From positions 17,509,028 to 17,547,785 of the forward strand of contig NC_069003.1 in assembly GCF_001194135.2 (NCBI RefSeq): 38,758 nucleotides of DNA. The letters are read 5' to 3'. Made by a program: the position numbers and the translations under genes. The stretch's first letter is position 1. The number at the start of each line of letters is the position of its first letter. The stretch is from Octopus bimaculoides (lineage: Eukaryota). Positions 34,903 through 38,758 of the stretch are shown piece after piece. The notes under the pieces were generated by a model. That model saw only the letters and a list, made by a program, of their open reading frames with translations. It was not told the DNA's origin and did not search any database.

Positions 34903-35678
34903 CAGACTATGGATAACTAAATTACAACAGGTATATAGTCCATTTTTTGTATTATAGTGCATTGTTGTACCATTCAAAACTTTTTATTCTTTACAAACAA
35001 TACACAATGCTTCAAGCAAACTACAATACTCTCCTATANNNNNNNNNNNNNNNNNNNNNNNNNNNNNNNNNNNNNNNNNNNNNNNNNNNNNNNNNNNNNN
35101 NNNNNNNNNNNNNNNNNNNNNNNNNNNNNNNNNNNNNNNNNNNNNNNNNNNNNNNNNNNNNNNNNNNNNNNNNNNNNNNNNNNNNNNNNNNNNNNNNNNN
35201 NNNNNNNNNNNNNNNNNNNNNNNNNNNNNNNNNNNNNNNNNNNNNNNNNNNNNNNNNNNNNNNNNNNNNNNNNNNNNNNNNNNNNNNNNNNNNNNNNNNN
35301 NNNNNNNNNNNNNNNNNNNNNNNNNNNNNNNNNNNNNNNNNNNNNNNNNNNNNNNNNNNNNNNNNNNNNNNNNNNNNNNNNNNNNNNNNNNNNNNNNNNN
35401 NNNNNNNNNNNNNNNNNNNNNNNNNNNNNNNNNNNNNNNNNNNNNNNNNNNNNNNNNNNNNNNNNNNNNNNNNNNNNNNNNNNNNNNNNNNNNNNNNNNN
35501 NNNNNNNNNNNNNNNNNNNNNNNNNNNNNNNNNNNNNNNNNNNNNNNNNNNNNNNNNNNNNNNNNNNNNNNNNNNNNNNNNNNNNNNNNNNNNNNNNNNN
35601 NNNNNNNNNNNNNNNNNNNNNNNNNNNNNNNNNNNNNNNNNNNNNNNNNNNNNNNNNNNNNNNNNNNNNNNGATGATG

Positions 35679-35731
<53 letters not shown>

Positions 35732-35759
35732 TGTTAATGATTCTGAATTTTCTGAATCT

Positions 35760-35809
<50 letters not shown>

Positions 35810-35844
35810 TGTATATATGTATGTATGTGTATATATAGTTATAT

Positions 35845-36110
35845 ATAAAAGGGAAAGTCAAAAATGATACACACTCTTGTTTTTTCAATGCATTTACACA
35901 AAAGCAGGGGATAAACAAGTAGGTAATTTTTCTGTATAGTTTCCTTCCTTTTCAATGCACTTGATCCACCGGTTCACAAGCTTATGTATTCCTTCCAAGA
36001 TGAAGGTTTTGGTCATGTGACTATTTATGCACCGCTTACTTCACATCTTCATCCGTAAGAAATCAACCTCATAAACCATGTTTGAGTGGTCTAAAGATAT
36101 GATAGTCAGA
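35845..36110 (-). mobile_element. mariner 3' fragment
   Basis: [28 protein letters not shown] plus a TIR-like aagggaaagtcaaaaatgatac. Confidence 0.7.
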
Positions 36111-36119
36111 AGTCACCCA

Positions 36120-37480
36120 TATTGTAAATCAGGTGGTTTATGAAAGCCCATAGATCCTGCAAGTATGAGGATAATAGGTCAGTGCAAGTGGTATACTTGC
36201 AACCACTTTTCTCCTTTGCCTTGCACTCTGAAGCCTGTTAATGCTGATGACATGGCCAGCCCAGCAGACAATTGTGAGTGCATAAAGAAGCTCTCGATTG
36301 CACCAATCTCACACTTGCTAAACAGGTTGGCATTAGAAACTCTACCTTTTAGTGAGAAACCGCAGATTGTCCACATATGGAAGATGTCTAGTTGGTTAAT
36401 ATGTCATCTATAGGGTCTCCATGATTCTGATCCATACAAGAGAGTGGCAAGAATGGCAACTTTATAGACTTGTACTTTGGTGTCAAGTTTGATGCCCCTT
36501 TCATTCCATTGGTGATGATGGAGTTTGCCAAATCTGTTGGTTGCCTTTGCAAGACGGCTAACGATTTTCTCATCAAGAGAAACACTTGAATTCGCTTTAC
36601 TACCAAGATATGTAAATGACTTCACATAATTCAGGTTTTTCCCATCAACCTGCATAGGAGTGTCAGGAAAATTGTGAACTGGTGGCCTCTGCTTGACACC
36701 TTGAATTTGTTTAGGAGTATGGCAAGGCTAGTGGATTATTTCCTTCTTCTTTATGCTGATGGTCAAACCAAGGGCTTTACAAACATCAGAAAACTGGTCT
36801 AGAAGTTCCTGTGCTTCCTCTAAGGTCACTACTAGTGCAGCAGCATCTGCAAAAAGTAGATCATGAATGAGACTAGTGTGTAGCAGTGTTCTGGCTTTGA
36901 AACACTGATGATTGAACAGTCCACCACTTGTTCAAAGTTGGAATTTGACACCATTTTGTATGTTGCCAAAAGCATACCTCAGCATCACTGAAAAGAAGAC
37001 TGCAAACAAAACAGGGGCCATAACGCAACCTTGCTTTGTGCTGTTTGTAACATTGAAGGAAGCCGAAGATCCCGCACTGGGGAAAGGAACGTTTAATGTT
37101 GAAGACCCTAATATCTCATTTCTTAGTGATAACATTTATGAGATGTCAATCCTTAGATCTAGGATGCATCCAGGTCGTCTTGCAGCAATTTCACTGTTGT
37201 AAAAAGGTATTTGTGATGCTTAGACTGAATTCCCTGCAGATGGAGAGCACACACAGACCACTGGAGTTCATTCAACCTACACCATGGTCACCAAGTACAC
37301 ACTCCCATGCCTGATAGTCAGTAACAACATGAGCGTTAAAGTCACCCATAAGCACCCTATGGTGACAACTGGAGATGACATCACAGGGTTGGTTGTAAAA
37401 TTCATCCTTTTCCTGCTTAGTGCTGGCCATGGTTATAAGGTTAGTGTCATGGTGCTGGAACGGCCATCGCCCGATGTGCA
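36120..37480 (-). mobile_element. Decayed RTE (BovB-like) LINE
   Basis: Endonuclease remnant ASTKQEKDEFYNQ, then FNVTNSTKQGCVMAPVLFAVFF, DLLFADAAAL, VKSFTYLGS, ATLLYGSESW and CWAGHV. Confidence 0.9.
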
Positions 37481-38199
37481 CATATGTTTATGTGTGTGTC
37501 AGTTTTTAGCAGCAGTGTGGCCTTCCCCTCAGCCCCATCTCTCACCCCATTATGCTGCTGCTGTCCTAAGACCTGAAAAAAAAATATGGTACAGTTCCTG
37601 TATTCCTCTGTGTATGTGTGTTTGCCTACAGTGTTGCCATTGTGGTAGTTGTTGTTGTTGTTGTTATTGCCATCGTTGGCACTGCCCCTGGTGCTGACAT
37701 TGTTATGGCCGTCCATGAAATTTCATGTGTGTGTATGGGTTCGTTTCATATGTTGTATATATCCATGCCCTTTATATAGTTTATTTATTTTATCTATCTC
37801 CATATCTTATAGTTATCCCAGGTATGTGACAGATATATTTATATATTTATTTATTTACTTATATTATTTTTTCATACATCCATATCTATATCTCATAAGT
37901 ATCACAGATAAGTGCATATATGTCTTTTGTGTGTGTATTACCCTGTATGTTTCTGTGTATTATTTACATTTTTTCACTTAAAAATTTTTTTTTCCCTTCT
38001 CTCTTCTCATCCTTACTGTCTTTAGTCATGTGGTGTGGTGATGGGTGTTACTGTTCCATTTGTATTTTCTACTGAGGCTTGGTCTGTCTACTGTTATGTA
38101 TGTAGCCTCTGTGATCTGTCTGTGTCAGTTCTATGTGTTGATAGTACTTTAACCTCTAAGCTATTAATCGAGCCTCCATATTCTGCCTGAGCATGTTGG

Positions 38200-38665
38200 T
38201 GGAGCACTGACAAGCTTTTCCCTTTTTCGAGCTCTCAGGGTCTCCGGTTTGTTGAGAGAATAATCTCCCACTATGTCAATGTCAACTGGCCTTCATGTCC
38301 CCCAGACTTGACTAGCCTGGATTTTTTCTTGTGGAGATACCTGAAAGAGAGGGTTTATGTCAACAAACCAGAGACTATGGTGCAACTGAAGAACATCAAT
38401 AGAGAAATCAGAGAAGTGGGATCTGAAACTCTTGAGGGTGTTATGGTGCAAGTTTTGGAAAGAGCACAGGTATGCAATGCTGAAAATGGCTGCCATTTAA
38501 GCAATGTCATTTTTCAAAGGTGATGTAGTGGTGTTGCAAAATTTGACTTATGCATATTAATTTCTATCATGTCCTTTATATTGTATCGAAATTTCATGTA
38601 TTTATTTGTAAAATTAAGGAAGTTATTAAAAATTTAAACTCATCAGTGACTTTTGGGACACCCTG
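38200..38665 (+). mobile_element. Tc1/mariner-family transposon 3' end
   Basis: WP...PDLTSLDFFLWRYLKERVYVNKPET...GCHLSNVIF*, then TIR acttttgggacaccctg followed by TA. Confidence 0.88.
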
Positions 38666-38758
38666 TATGTATGTATGTATGTATGTACATATATATATAT
38701 ATATATATATGTATACCGGAGTAAGCACATAAAATGTGCAACAAGGTGGAAAGAAGAG

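Noticed and set aside
29556-38758. Next upstream PLCL exon (expected ...SSN.NPQDFWNCGCQ.)
   Set aside because: Not found in readable sequence. It may lie in the 35039-35671 gap or beyond the window.

Overview
AT-rich, microsatellite- and transposon-dense animal genomic DNA with five N gaps. The SINE, RTE, Penelope and mariner repertoire resembles a coleoid cephalopod such as Octopus; that assignment is an inference. The only host gene I can support is on the minus strand: nine consecutive GT-AG exons with matching phases, spanning 29555 to 2617 and totalling 1070 nt (about 357 aa). They encode the end of the catalytic Y box, the C2 domain and the C-terminal helical region of a PLC-like protein of the PLCL1/PLCL2 (PRIP) family. 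Both ends of the gene lie outside the window or in gaps. The introns hold decayed RTE LINEs, two Penelope-like retroelements of different types, mariner/Tc1/pogo transposons, MITEs and tRNA-derived SINEs. I found no convincing new multi-gene system. The best leads are a minimal hammerhead-ribozyme-like motif inside a 32-bp inverted repeat at the truncated 5' end of a Penelope element, several unexplained near-perfect hairpins, a CpG-rich promoter-like patch, a higher-order TGTGAC minisatellite next to an exon, and inverted SINE pairs flanking exons.
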